Shown: one piece after another, positions 1 through 13,107 of the stretch
Layout: every line of letters begins with the position of its first letter
Position numbering within the stretch: position 1 is the stretch's first letter
Source of the DNA: Camelus dromedarius
Taxonomy: Eukaryota
Assembly (NCBI RefSeq): GCF_036321535.1
Contig: NC_087436.1
Coordinates: forward strand, 57,662,001 to 57,726,000
DNA length: 64,000 nucleotides
Direction of reading: 5' to 3'
Notes under the pieces: generated by a model
What the model saw: only the letters and a program-made list of their open reading frames with translations
Database searches by the model: none
What the model was told of the DNA's origin: nothing
Made by a program: the position numbers and the translations under genes

Positions 1-1184
1 AGTTAACTGGCCAATTAATTTTTCCCATTGTCATTTGGCAAAAAAAACCCCCAAAAACCCAACTTGGTTCCTAGTCTGTGTTCCTCTCATCTTCGATAGG
101 TCATGACACGTTATGAATTTGACCTGACTGTAATCTACCAAGTAGCAGCATATCTGTCAACTCCATGCCCACTGTGACTTGTGCTTTCCTCAGTGTGATA
201 ATTATGATTTTATGACGGAGTTGTGTGTTTCCTAGTTCGTTTCCATGAAGACAGATACCATGCTGTCCTATTCACTCTTGTGACTAGATAAATAATTCTC
301 ATTTACTAAACAAGGAGATGTTTCCTAGAGAATGAAGAATTTTAAATACTAAAGGCAGAAGAAATACTTTCAGGAAATGCTAAAGTTTAAACAATGGATA
401 TAATCATTAACTGCTAGAAAACAACTGAAGCAGACAGAACAAATTGTGTAGCTGTCCCAAATGGAATGGCAATTTAGAGCCTGAGAGGCAAAGTTGTAAA
501 AATAAAGAGACTCCATAAAGTTTGGTCACCCACAAATCAAAGAGCAATTTTATGTGTCCAAACTGTGGAAGTATGGATTATGTACTGGCCTTTGGTTACA
601 TCTTGATACAAAAAAGAACAACTGTCATCAAGAAATGTAGTTTACAAATAAGAAACACTGATATAGATAAGATATAGGATGTGAATTTATATAACATGTT
701 GGAATTTCTCTGCCTTATAATTATGAAAAATTCAGGTAAAGGCGGTGCCACATTTAAGAGTACTTAACAAAAGTATCACAGTGCCTTATTACCTGTCAGT
801 TCTGTCAACTGGAGACGGGAATCCTAAATTCAGCATTATGTGCATTATAGTTCGCTTAAAAGCATGTATCTTAGAGCTAGGTTAAATGCCAAGAGTCTTA
901 ATTTTCAAGACACGATTTCGTTTTAAAAAGCTGTGGTAGAAACATAACCATCATTACTAAAGTTCTAACTACGTATTCATAGGTGAAGGGGAAATGAACT
1001 GAGGTCAAACAAAAATTGAATTTCCAAATTTACATTCTGAACTGAACATCTCTTCTATCACATGTAGTCCTTGGATCCCAATACTTTAACTTTGATCCTA
1101 AATCACCTTTGAATAGATTTATCTTTGGTGACGTCTGTCCCTATTCTTTTTTGCCCCCGCAGCTGACCTGTAAGTATGTGTGTA

Positions 1185-1752
1185 TTTATTTAATTCCTTT
1201 TCAGTTTTACTGAGATGTAATTGACATTTAGCACTATATAAGTTTAAGATGTACAGCATATTGATTTGACTTACATACATCATGACATGATTACCACAAT
1301 AAGTTTAGTGAATATCCATCATTTTGTGTAGATACGAAATAAAATGTGTTTCCTTGTGATGAGAACCCTCAGAATTTACTCTCTTAACTTTCATAAATAG
1401 CATTCAGCAGTGTTAATTATATTTATCATGTTGTACATTACATTCCTAGTACTTATTTATATTAGAAGTTTGTGCCTTTTTGTTACTTTATCCAATTTTC
1501 CCACCCTACCTCCCATCACTGGTAAGTACAAATCTGATCTCTTTTTCTACTAGTTTGATTGTTTTGTTGTTGTTTTTGTTTGTTTTTGAAGTATAATTGA
1601 CCTACAACACTATGTTACTTCCTGGTGCACAATGTGGCGAGTTGATATTTCTATACATTTCAAAATGATCACCACGAAAAGTCTAGTTACCATCTCTCAC
1701 ATTGAAAACTGTTATATTATTATTGACTATATTCCCCACATTGTACGTTTCT
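1185..1752 (-). mobile_element. L1 3' end (L1MA9-like, laurasiatherian) with two successive 3'-terminal modules
   Basis: ttttactgagatgtaattgacat...gtacagcata...accacaataagtttagtgaatatccatc, then a second module tttttgaagtataattgacctacaacactatgtt...ttccccacattgtac; reverse complement of L1 3'UTR. Confidence 0.8.
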
Positions 1753-4700
1753 GTCCTTAACCTCATTATCTAAGCTAAGGGGTATTGTAACATAGTACTG
1801 TAAAAACACTGACAAAGATGTCAATGCTATTTTAAAGGATCTATAACACCTGCTTTTTTATCATTTAAATTTATGTTTTTAAATATGTATTTTCTTATAA
1901 CACTTTGAGAAAGGAAGAAAAAGAAACCAACTCAGAAAATCTTAAGATGGCCCTTCAATTTTTTAACATGCCTCTCGGGAAACCACTCTTTTGTCTTGTT
2001 AAAGACTAAAATAATGCTTTTAATTATGGTATGTACTCATAAGTAGTTCTGAGAAGTCAAGAAAATGTTATTCATACCAGTTCTTGTTTTATAAGCATTT
2101 TTTAAGCAGAAATCTGTTTGTGCCTCATTTTACATAATTACTTTTAACTCTTCAAAAGGCTAGGTCAGCATGAGAAAGGATTTTCTGGCTCAAATCAGGA
2201 AGAGTTAGTATTAAAATAAATGAAAACCAGGGGCTATCACATGCACATAGATCACAGAATACTAACTTAGAAGCTCAGTACAATTCACAGGGAATGTAAA
2301 CTGGTGGATTCACATCTTTGTGTCATGGCACTGTTTTCTGGTCATACAAATTACTCACTTCCCAATAATGATAGAGTTTAAACAGTCTCTGAAAGTATGA
2401 AAGTTCAACTTTTTCTTTAGTGTTGGAGAATTATGGTGATAAAAAGAAAGAAAATGAGCACCTTGTCATGCTGTAAATCAGCATGGGGAAATTCTCAAGT
2501 AGATGTGACAGCACTCAGAGTGCTTGGCGCTCTCTTTGTTAAGGACTGCCAATCATAATTAGCAACAACAGAGATGTTGTTCTAACCTAAATAAAAATTA
2601 CAGAGAGCCTTTTTGAATTAATATCTGTAAGAACAGAATGAAGGAAAAAAACCTGTCTCTATAGTCCAGTTAACCTGTCACAGGGAATTACTCTCATTTT
2701 CTCTGTGTTCATTAGGGTCAGTAAACAACAGAGCTAGCCAGTATCATTTTTGTTCTATTCAAATTGAATGTGAAATATCAGAAAACATTACAAAGGAATG
2801 GCTTTAGCGACTGCATTTCAAGGCTTGAATCCTTTGGGGTTTTGTGACTAGGACATCGGCAAATTTCATATATTTGATATCTACCCTACTAAAATGGATG
2901 TCTTTTTGAGTTATTCTCCTACTCAAGGTTTTAAAGAGATACTTTCTCATCAACAACCTCTTCTGTTGCCTAATTTAATAGAGAAGAATGTCTGACTCTT
3001 CTTTTTGTGGAAATGAGAAAGTTGTGATTCTCTGTAATAGTGCCATCCATCTGGCAGTGGAAAGAGCTCTTTATTCTCTTCCAAAAATTGTCCTGGGATC
3101 TCAAAACCAGTGGGCTGCCTCTCATGTTCACTCCTGTGCAGCAGCCATCAAGTTACCTTCTACCATTCCTAAAGGACCTCTTTGTACTCATCACTAGCAT
3201 CTGTGGAACTATTTGATACTTAAGAAAGCTACCAAAGGAGTTTTCTTCTTTACTCCTTTCAATAGTCCTGTCTGCTCCTCTCATCAAAAGTGGTTTATTT
3301 GGTCCCAGTTTGGCTATGTCCACTTCCCTTACATGGTATCAAACATTCTTGTAAGAATTTTATCTTTCTTACTATAATCATATTCAAAATATCTAGGTTG
3401 GGCATAGGATACCCAAGGAATATTTGTTAAGCCACTTAATATTCCTTGTTTTTCTTTTGCTCTTCTTGTTCCTGGCACATAGCTGGTATAGTACATGCTT
3501 GCCAGTAAAGAAACATAGGTGACAGCCTCAAACATTGTACATGACTACAATTATTTATATTTCAAAGCAGCAGACAAAACCAGCTGAGGTAAACTCTGAA
3601 ATTTCCCTTTGCAAGTAAATAGCAAACAGATCACATACAACCACATGTGCGAGTAAGTCGTAGAGACTCTTCATGGCCCAGATGATGTTAAGAGTCACTG
3701 ACCATAAAGTAAATATAAGGGATCTTCAAAAATCAAGCCCCAGTTTTTTTTAAAGTATGTTGATTGCAGAGCGATGTATGTACGCATGGAGATAAGGGAA
3801 GATATAAAATGGCAACAAAACTTGCATAAAATTCATCTCCCATTCATGCATTAAACTGCCTAATTCACAAGCTCTAATGTTCTAGCCAAACAGATGTACT
3901 AAGTTTATCTCTATAATGGACCATACTGCTTTTGCACAGTTGGATTCCCTGAGCTGTTTTTTTGGAACGCTTTGAAGTTACAAAATTTTTAAAAAATCAG
4001 GATTAGTAAACAACTCACATATATTTAACATTTTTTTTTTTTTTTTGCTTTTAGCTGTCCCTGAACTCTTTTTTCAAAAATGTGTCTGATAATCATGAAA
4101 TGCCTCTTTATTCCTATTCAATCTGGTCTAGTGGCTCCATAAAGACTGTAATTCTGAAATAAGAGCTGTACTTCTCCATAAAAGACTACATTTTATTGGA
4201 AATTATCACTAATTCCAATTTCACTGCCTGTGCATTACCATTTCAGTGCCACTGCATTGATTGATTCTCTTTTTCATAGAGTTTGGGAGCCTTTTCTTAA
4301 TTTATTTTTAATCAAAGCATAAAGATACTCTCGGTATCTTTTAATGAATTCACCTTTTCATTGTTAGCAACTGGAAGAATAGCAGGCTTTCAGATGAAGT
4401 AGTTAATTATGTGCAATTCAGCATGATTCATCATTATGAATTTGTATAAATGTACAATCAACCTACAGGCTGTACAACTTATTTAAGGGAACAGTTGAGA
4501 TAGAAAAGTGCTTAACATATTTATAACTTTTGATATCTGCAGCTTGTTTACAGAACTAGAAAAGCATGCTAACCATATGGATAATTTTATTTATCTTTCT
4601 CTTTTGGATGTTCTCCAAAACTTGCTAAAATTTGGCCACCTGGAGACAAAATTCAGAAAGCCAATCCATAAGCTTGTCAATATTCTCAAAAATAAGACTT

Positions 4701-4879
4701 CAACCAATGGGAGACCTTATTTATAAGTTTCTCATCTTAGCTACCTAACAAAATATACCAGTGGAGACATTCCAGATAACTTTCTGTTTGGGTTAAATGA
4801 GTTTAAGGTCACAGATAGACTGCAATCTCATAAACACAATATCGCAGTTAACTTCATGCCTGATTTAGTTAAGTATTTA

Positions 4880-5990
4880 GCATTCATTTATTTACTTAGT
4901 TGATCAGTATGCATTTATTAAACATCTAATATGTACAAGACACTCAGCTTAGGCAAAGCGACCATAAAGATAAACAGATAAACAGGACACCATCTTGTTT
5001 TCAAAGGACTCAGGTGGAGACAAAAAAAAAAGGGGGGGGGGAATTACACTATAGTTGGTAATACTGTGATAAATATATTAGAGCATGGAAGATAGTCCCT
5101 AATTCCAGCAAAGACTTCCTGAAAGAAGTGAGATCAAAGCAAGAATTAGAGGACCTGTAGGAATTTGCCATATGAAAGCACAGAGTGGGTGTAGAGATTA
5201 AGCAGTTGGTAATAAAGGCATTTCAGAAACTGAAAAGAGTAGAAGCAAAGGCACAGAGGCATGACACAGTCTTCTCTTATGTTCAAGGGACAAAAATAGT
5301 TGGAGTAACTGAACAATTAAATGTGAGACATGAGTGATAAGAGATGAGAATCGGCACTGGACAGGAGTCAGACGATGGAATATTGTTCATGCTCTAAATA
5401 ACTTATAAAGAGTGGGCACTAGGAAGCCAAGGAAGTATTTGAGGAATGGGAATTATGTGCTTAGCTCTCCATGATACTGATCATTCGGGTGTATATACAA
5501 GTAAGTGAGCCTATATTTACAGGGGCCAAAATTGAAAAAGAAAGACTACTGTGAGGTTCCTGTAGTTCAGATGAGAAATGAGGTAGGCTTAATCTAGGTA
5601 AAGTGTCTAGGTCTCATCTCCCTAGGTGAGAAGAGATCTCCACTCCCAGAAATAATTAGGAGGTAAAATTTGCAGGACTTGATGATGGGTGGATATAAGG
5701 GGTAGAAAGAAGAAGAAATCAAAATTGTTTCCAAGTTTCTAACCCTTATGTCTGAGTGGCTGGTAATGCATCAGTTGGAATAGAGAATATGAGAGGCTAT
5801 AAAGCTTTAAAGTGTAAAATAAAATCAATTATTGGCATGTTGGAATTTGTAGTATCTCGAGTATATCCACAGAGTCTACAAAACTAAAATTCAAGGATGG
5901 GTAAGATAGATTTGGGAGTGATCTGCATATTGGTAGTTATTGAAACCACACACAGAAAAGTTGGATGGAATGGAAAGAAGTGAGGTAAAA
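4880..5990 (-). mobile_element. L2 LINE fragment including 3' end
   Basis: Starts cattcatttattt...gcatttattaaacatctaatatgtacaag (reverse-complement L2 tail), followed by purine-rich L2 body motifs (gatgagaaatgaggtaggctt, ttggcatgttggaatttg, agatttgggagt). Confidence 0.75.
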
Positions 5991-6769
5991 AGGAGCTTAA
6001 TTACATCTAGCTTCACCACCTCCCATTTCTGGTTGATGCTTCTTTCTATCAACATCCTAGTTATCGCTCCTCATTTACTGACAACTTTGTTTGCCACATG
6101 GCTTATTTTCTCCCTCTCCAGTCCAAGCCAACCATCATTACAGATGGTTCATCTAATCCTCTGGGCTCTCAGTTTCGTAATCAGCTTTGAAGTCCTTCAC
6201 CAACTCTTCAGGAATCCACATCCACACACCTGTAACTTGTCCTCTACTGTTCTATTTCAAAAATTTTAGGCTCCAGTTTCTCTTTTCGTAAATACAAGCT
6301 TTAAACTCTCTCACACTGACGTTTCCACTGTTGTTCTCCGGTCTCATCAGAACTCTGCTCTCTCCCACTACTCAACTATTACTTTTCAGGCTTGCTCTCT
6401 GCTACATTCTCATTATTGGTCCTTCTATTTTTTTTTTATTGCTCCATATACCCTAGGATCTACTATTTCAACACCATCTTGCCAATAATCTGAAATAATT
6501 TGCCTTATTATACTTTTTATGTGCCTAATTATCCACAATTGAGTCTAATTTGTTTTTGTTTTTTTATTTATTTGGTAAACACTTATATGACACTTATATA
6601 AGTTACTGTATCTAAAAACTTTACATTTTTTAACCGTTTTAATTTATAACAAAGCCATGAAGTGGCATATCTAGAATGTTCCCTGAAAGAGAAGCTCACA
6701 CCATCATACAAGTTTATGATCCTTAACCTGGACTACAAAATTCTTCTGTTTCATTGACTCTTTTCTCTA

Positions 6770-7073
6770 TTTTGGGGATGCTTTCTATGGAGAGATCAAT
6801 CACCACGCTATGAGAGAGCCAAACCATTCTATGAAAAGAGACCATGGAGGAAAGCTGAGGCCCTCAGCCCTCAGCCAGCATAACCACCAGACATGGGAGT
6901 GAAATGAACAAGTCTTTAGATAAGTTCCGCCTCCAGACTTTGAGTTGTCCAGCTGAGGCTTCAGGTATCATTGAGCAAAGATAAGCCATCCTCACTATGC
7001 CTTGTGTAAACTTGTGACACTCACAACTGGTAAGTTTTAGAGGAATCTGTTACACAGCTATGTCACTGGAACA
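6770..7073 (+). mobile_element. MaLR LTR (MLT1H/I/J-like) 3' part
   Basis: ggaaagctgaggccctcagcc...ccagctgaggcttcagg...gagcaaagataagccatcctcactatgcc...aagttttagaggaatctgttacacagc...ctggaaca terminus. Confidence 0.75.
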
Positions 7074-7084
7074 CTACCACTAAC

Positions 7085-8352
7085 AAGTTTACTGCTAAAT
7101 CCAATGAAAACCTTTCAAGTCTTAATTTTACTTGATTCTTTGAAATGTTTAACACTGTTGACCAAACCCTCCATATTCAAATATTGCCTTTATTCAGTGT
7201 TTATATCAGTAGATGGTATATACAGTACTTGCATCTTTTTTACCACTCCTTATTAGTTGCCATTGAAAGTTCCTCTGTCTATTCCTTTCCTTAGGGCTCT
7301 GTCCTAGGCCCTCTCTGGGCCAGTGGTCCTCGATCAGAAGTATGCAGTTGAGAGCAATGATCTCTCTCTGTATGATCTTATTCACTTCCATGGCTTCAGT
7401 TCTCATCTGCATGCCAGTGTCTCCTAAGTATATATTTGGCCCAAATGTCTCTTCTGTGCTTCTGATAAATATATAACACCACTAACAAAGCATAGTAAAT
7501 ATATCCTTGGATATTTCATAGATACCTTAAACTCAAATGCACCAAAATGAATGTATCATCTTCCCCATTACACCTGCTCTTCTTTTCTTTTTCCCAGAAG
7601 ATGACATCAATATTCAATACATGTAATTTCCCAATCCAGAAACCTAGGATAAACTTCACATCCTTTTTCTTCTTCAGTACCAATTCCCACACCACTATAT
7701 AATTCATTGGGTTCTACTGATTCATCAATACCCTTCTTTTGATTCCCAATGCCATCTTACCTTTGTGCATTAACTCTTTATTTAGTTATTAGAATACTCT
7801 GATAATTTGTTGCCCTTTCCACATTGTTCTTTCAACTTTCTCCACACTATAATCAGAATATTTTTACATGCATTCCCCTATTTACTGCCTTTAAATTGCT
7901 GATCATTTCCCTGAAAATCAAGTTCAAACTTCCTGTAATAATAAATATATCTTCAGCCTCATCTTTATCAGCTCCATTCTGCATAATCTGCTCTAATTTC
8001 TTTCTCAGTTCTTGGTCTTAAATTCTCTCCTACCATCTATGTCTCCTTTACCCCATTCTCTTCTTTAGTAAGCCCTTTGCATAGTTAATTCTGTTTCTGT
8101 TTATAGAGTACTAATTCAAAAGCTTTCTTTGCCACATTAAGATATATTTAGCCTCCCTACCTCTGTGATCTCATTTCAGTCTGTGCTGGATCTCTATCAT
8201 ACGTGGGTTTTATGTTTGTGTCCCACAAGACTTGCAGCTCAATGATGGCAAAGACTCTCTTGCTCACAATTGTATATTCAGTGACTAGCAAAGTTCTACT
8301 TAAAAAAATAGTGTCAATTAAATACTTACCAGATTAGTGATTAATGAATAGA
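7085..8352 (+). mobile_element. L2 LINE fragment to 3' end
   Basis: tgctaaatccaatg...tttaacactgttgacca, cttaaactcaaatgcaccaaaatgaa, and 3' region tgctcacaattgtatattcagtgactagcaaagt...gattaatgaatag. Confidence 0.75.
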
Positions 8353-9365
8353 CCAAAAATATCTGTGATAACTACAACCTTAGTCAGAGCCCTTGATACA
8401 GAAAGGAAGAAGGAAAAGCATGCTTACAGAGGTGTGAGGAATAGATTTTAAGTGAGAAAGTGGAGAAGAAACGTCTAGACAAACTTTATGATCAGTCAAA
8501 TGATCAGAGAAAGAATGAAATTTAATGCAAGATCCAATAGCAAATGTGAATAAAAAGTAAGATGCTACTGAAAGTTGTACATATTAATGCAGAAGTGTCA
8601 TGTGTCTCCACTGACACAAACTTCTCCTCTTCAATACATGTGACAAGTTTGCAGGAAACTATGAATCCCATAAATATTTTATTATTTCATTGTCTATGAT
8701 GGCAGTAGTCTTCAATAAGGGATTTAATAAATATTATTCTATTCTGAAACTGTAAGAGTCAAGTAATTAACTAGACACATTTAAAGAGTAGGGCAGATTG
8801 AATACTGAATAACACAACAAAGACATTCTTTAGAAAATAGTGAAACTCTAAGTCATTGGTAAAGATTATATATTAAAGTGAAAGATGAAGCATGAAATTT
8901 CTTATCAGAATCGTAAAGTCTTTTCACTGCCAATGAATATCTTTAATACATAAAATAATGTCTCTCAACAAAGAGCAAGTCTCAACATCTCTTACGTATG
9001 TAAATAATTGATATCTGATCTGGTAGTATCCTCATCCTAGTAAGGCTGTATCTCAGAATGTCAGCGCTTGGGAAGGAAAATCTTGTCTTGAGTTTCTTGT
9101 GAACCTTACCTCTGACATTCATTTTTGGCTTTATTAATGAAATTGAACTTACTTTGAAAGACACTAAACTGTTTTTTGCTGGAAATATGCAGTGTTGAGA
9201 TCCACCAGGAAAGAGCAGGAAATGTTCTTTTCTGAGAATTGCTGTGAAGACCTTTTAGAACACTTATTGAGGTCAAGATACGGAACCGGAACCTTCTTAA
9301 CCGAATTCATAACATATGAAATATCACATTCTTTTTTTATACTAAACTGTATTTTTTCTCCTTAC

Positions 9366-9678
9366 CTTGCTGTACAAAGGATCCATACACAAACCACATG
9401 GAGTTGTAGAGAGTAGTAGACGTCATTGATCCCATTTGTAATCGAGGAGGATTAAGCCAATTCAAGAGGTAGACCAGCAGACCAACCAGCAGGACTGTGC
9501 CAGCAATGCAAGCCCATAGAGAGAGATCAAATGGTGCAAGACAGGCGAACATATCCACTGTCTTTTCAGCCCTTCGAAGTAGGACTCCCACTGAGTAGTC
9601 CATGTAACGCGTTGTAAAATCCACCACATTCTCACGGTCTGGGGTAATGGTTAAAGCAGAAATCCCTATGTCGGCTCT
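9366..9678 (-). CDS. GRID2: GRID2 internal coding exon, 313 bp, phase 0-1; end of S1, M1 helix and M2 re-entrant loop (probable exon 11)
   Basis: Translates to [104 protein letters not shown](G). Acceptor gttaacgtattcctttcttttttaatttctcag|AGA with a TTAAC branch-point-like motif; donor CAGCAAG|gtaagg. Joins in frame to the 198-bp exon (VFK|RAD). Confidence 0.97.
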
Positions 9679-10757
9679 CTGAGAAATTAAAAAAGAAAGG
9701 AATACGTTAACAGTGTGATTTGTGGCACTTTAGCTTGCCTTGAGGGAAAAAAGGATGCCTCAGGCAATATCTTAAGCCTTTTTATATAAACTGAAAAACA
9801 CTGCAGAGACTTTTTAGAGAAGAGCTATATGCGAATTTTGCATTTACTACTGCAAATCTTGACCTACTAGAATTGGACAAATTACCTTTCATATTATCAG
9901 TGCGTGTGAAATCAGTGAAGAATATTTCAGACGCAGATAATATCTGATGGAGATTGTCTTTTTTCCTCGGGTCATTTTTATCAAAGCCATCATTAACACA
10001 GGAGCAAAGGTAAAACTTACTCCAAAGAATTCTTTCTGAGAAAAATGTTCCCAAGATATTCTATATATTCTTAAAGTGTAAATTATTAAGTAGGTTATTA
10101 AAAAACTCAACATGGCATTTCACCCTTGGTTTAGATTTTTCTGCATCAAAATTTATATTCTTGGGTTCTAAGTATGTTAGAGTTTAATAGAGCTTTCATG
10201 GCACTGAGTTATAACATCATATGCCAGAGCTCTCTACCATGATTTTATATTTTAAACCTCAGAAACATTTTAATGAGCAATTAAAGATTAAGGAAACAAT
10301 TCTTCTTGGTCTTATAACCATTCTTCTCAGTGTGTGTCTCCTTAGATTTTTAGTGATAGCACTCAGAAACCACAGCACATGCTATTTTACTTATATATAG
10401 CACATTGCAGCTAGAGCACAGAACAAATGACTTCACATTTAAGTTCTATGATATGAGAACACATATTTAAATATCTAAAAGATGTATCTTGTTTGAAATA
10501 AGGATCTGTGGCTGTGACTAAAGTTGTGGGAAGCTCCTTCCAGACAAACACAAACAATAGTAAATCATTTGTTGAACATTTGCATTATTATTTTCTTTTT
10601 AAAATTGTTTTATGTAAGAATACAGAACTGGTTTCATTGTTTTTGGAGGAAAAAGGCATGAAAAGTAACATGCCTAGTGGAATGCTAAACCAACTCAGAT
10701 ACATCTAGTCTCTGGAGTAATAATGGCTTCAAAAATAGTCTAGCTAAAGTTAAGTAT

Positions 10758-10781
10758 TGTGTGTGTGTGTGTGTGTGTGTG
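10758..10781 (+). repeat. (TG)12 microsatellite
   Basis: Direct reading. Confidence 0.95.
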
Positions 10782-10807
10782 AGCCCATCCATATATATTT
10801 GTTGCTG

Positions 10808-11020
10808 CTTGGCCCAGTGCTAAGTATTTAAATAACTTTTCTCATTTAATTCTTACAATAGTTATGAATTATATGTTTTCCCATCCATTTCATAGATGAA
10901 GAAACTAAAACTTAGTTTAAGTAACTCATTCAGTTCTCAGAGTTAGTAAGTTTAGAAGTCAGATATTAAAGCAATGTTTTTCTTAATACAAAGCCTGTGC
11001 TCGAAATCACTTTCCCATAT
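10808..11020 (-). mobile_element. MIR SINE
   Basis: ctcatttaattcttacaata...catttcatagatgaagaaactaaaac...aagtaactc: reverse complement of MIR core. Confidence 0.75.
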
Positions 11021-12304
11021 TGCAAGAAATCATTCATTTTCCAAATGACTCATATTATAGGCAATTAGGATAACAGGTTTTAGTACAATTTTTACCTTAA
11101 AAGAGTCTAAAATTTTGCTTTTCTTAATTGTACCATTTATATTGCAATGAGGCCATATTAACATAAGAACCATGAGTTTAAGATTATTAACTGAGAAGTA
11201 TTAAACTTGATAACACTATATGAAGACAAATTTTCAGAGAAATAATAATTGCTTTCAAGCTCATATATTTGTATTGCATAGCTTAGTTACCAGGAGTTGG
11301 GTCTTTTCAGAATGAAAATCTAACCTGGGTCCTTACCTCTCTAGTCCTATCTTTTCTGAGCCTCAGTTTATCTATTTGTGAAATGAATGTAACTGTTTTT
11401 AATATGACATTTGTGAGCTGACTCATTTATCTTAATATTAATGGTGAATAAATAACTCCATGAGATTCAGTTAGGTTCTCAGAAAGTATACTTACTTTTT
11501 CAGGACCTTAAAGTACTATGGATCAGCAATTTACAAATTGATGCACTAGTGTTCCCAAAGCATTCTATGACTCAACTAAAGTAAAAAAATTCCACCTAAG
11601 GAGGAATTTACTGATAACATATTGATTGAACATTTATAAATATTCATAAATATTTTGCTAATAAATAATTAAATGTCTTATACTTAAATGATTATGAATT
11701 GGAATAGTCACTATACTTGTAAGTAACACGAATTGCTTATTTTTTTTACCACCTGCAACACATATGATTAATAATCCATTCTGTAATTTTATCAGGGAAT
11801 GAAATCAAATTCACTGCTTTCTCAGAATAAATTTTCTTTTCTAATTTTGAATATGCCAATCTCCAACTATACAACAGCCCTCTTTTTCACGTTTTGTAGG
11901 TATTATCTACTCTACCTCATATATCACATCAGGAAATGCATTTATTCCCTCACGTAGAATATCATTCATTTGGACTTGGAAATTCAAACTCATTAAAGGT
12001 GCCTATCTGGGGTTTTAGTTCCTTTAAGGACTTTCCCCTTGTCATTCCCACCTAAAGATTTTTTGCACAAAGTAGAAGAAAAAAGTTATTGAACACATTT
12101 AACAAGCACTAGATCTATCTCTGCCTATTCAACTTCTTAAACCATACATTTTCTTCTCCTGCTCTTCATAAGAAGCAACTGTTCATAGATTTTTAAAACT
12201 TCTTAACAGTTTTCTTAAATATCATTTTATATTCTTTGGCCTTGAAATAATAGTGTAAATTTTTCAGTTTTGTTTGAGAGAAAGCAGGCATTGAAGAAAT
12301 GCTA

Positions 12305-12378
12305 AAGGAGGAAGAAAAGAAGGACGGGGGAGGGAGAAGGAAGGAAGGATGGAAGGGAGGGAAGAGGAAAGGAAGAAT
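12305..12378 (+). repeat. Polypurine (GGAA/GGGA-like) low-complexity tract
   Basis: aaggaggaagaaaagaaggacgggggagggagaaggaaggaaggatggaagggagggaagaggaaaggaaga; almost all purine. Confidence 0.85.
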
Positions 12379-13107
12379 GTATTCAATTCTGACATCTTCA
12401 ATTAATGATACACGACCTGACTTTGGGCGAGCAGTCAAATTCATCATTTTAGATTATTCATCTGTTCAATGAATGGATTGAAATTGGTAATATAAGAGCT
12501 TCTCTAACTCTGAAATTTTAATTCTAAAAATTATTTACTGAGACCTTATGATCATTCTGTGTTCACTAATATGAGAATGTAAACACTTTTATACTAAAGA
12601 TTTTTAAGTGTAAAGACTTTCATTATTCAACAGACCTTTCTAAGCAAATATAATATGTAAGTTATTACTGTTCATTAGTGAAACTAAAACATAAGTACTA
12701 CATAAACATAAGAAACCATAAAAAAATCAAACTGTCAAATCAATCACAATTATTTTGTCAATGTCAAGATTTTATGTATTTCTCTGAAACAAACATAGAT
12801 ATGTTTTAATATGTCACTATTACAGAGTAACATGTCAGTTCCAATCATAAACACACAGCACAATATCCATTAGTTTTCAAACATACCACTGGAAATGAAC
12901 CAATGATATTGCTGTTTAAGTAACTTTTTTTCTGAAATTAAGATCATACTTTAAATCCTAGAAAAATTTTAAAGAATGAAAAAATCATAAAGAAAACATC
13001 CAAATCCCCATATGATGATCACTATTGTAGCTCCCTTAATATTTTTATATATTTACTTTTCCATGTCTATGCAGGGTATTTGTGAACTCACTGAAAGAAT
13101 GGTATTA

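Noticed and set aside
9337..9627. ORF-track start at MVDFTT and tail KEKKYSLV
   Set aside because: The start is an internal GTG (Val) codon. The true exon begins at 9678 and ends at the donor at 9366.
9782..10054. 90-aa minus-strand ORF upstream of the M1/M2 exon as an extra coding exon
   Set aside because: No resemblance to GluD2 or any protein I recognise; the neighbouring exons already join seamlessly.
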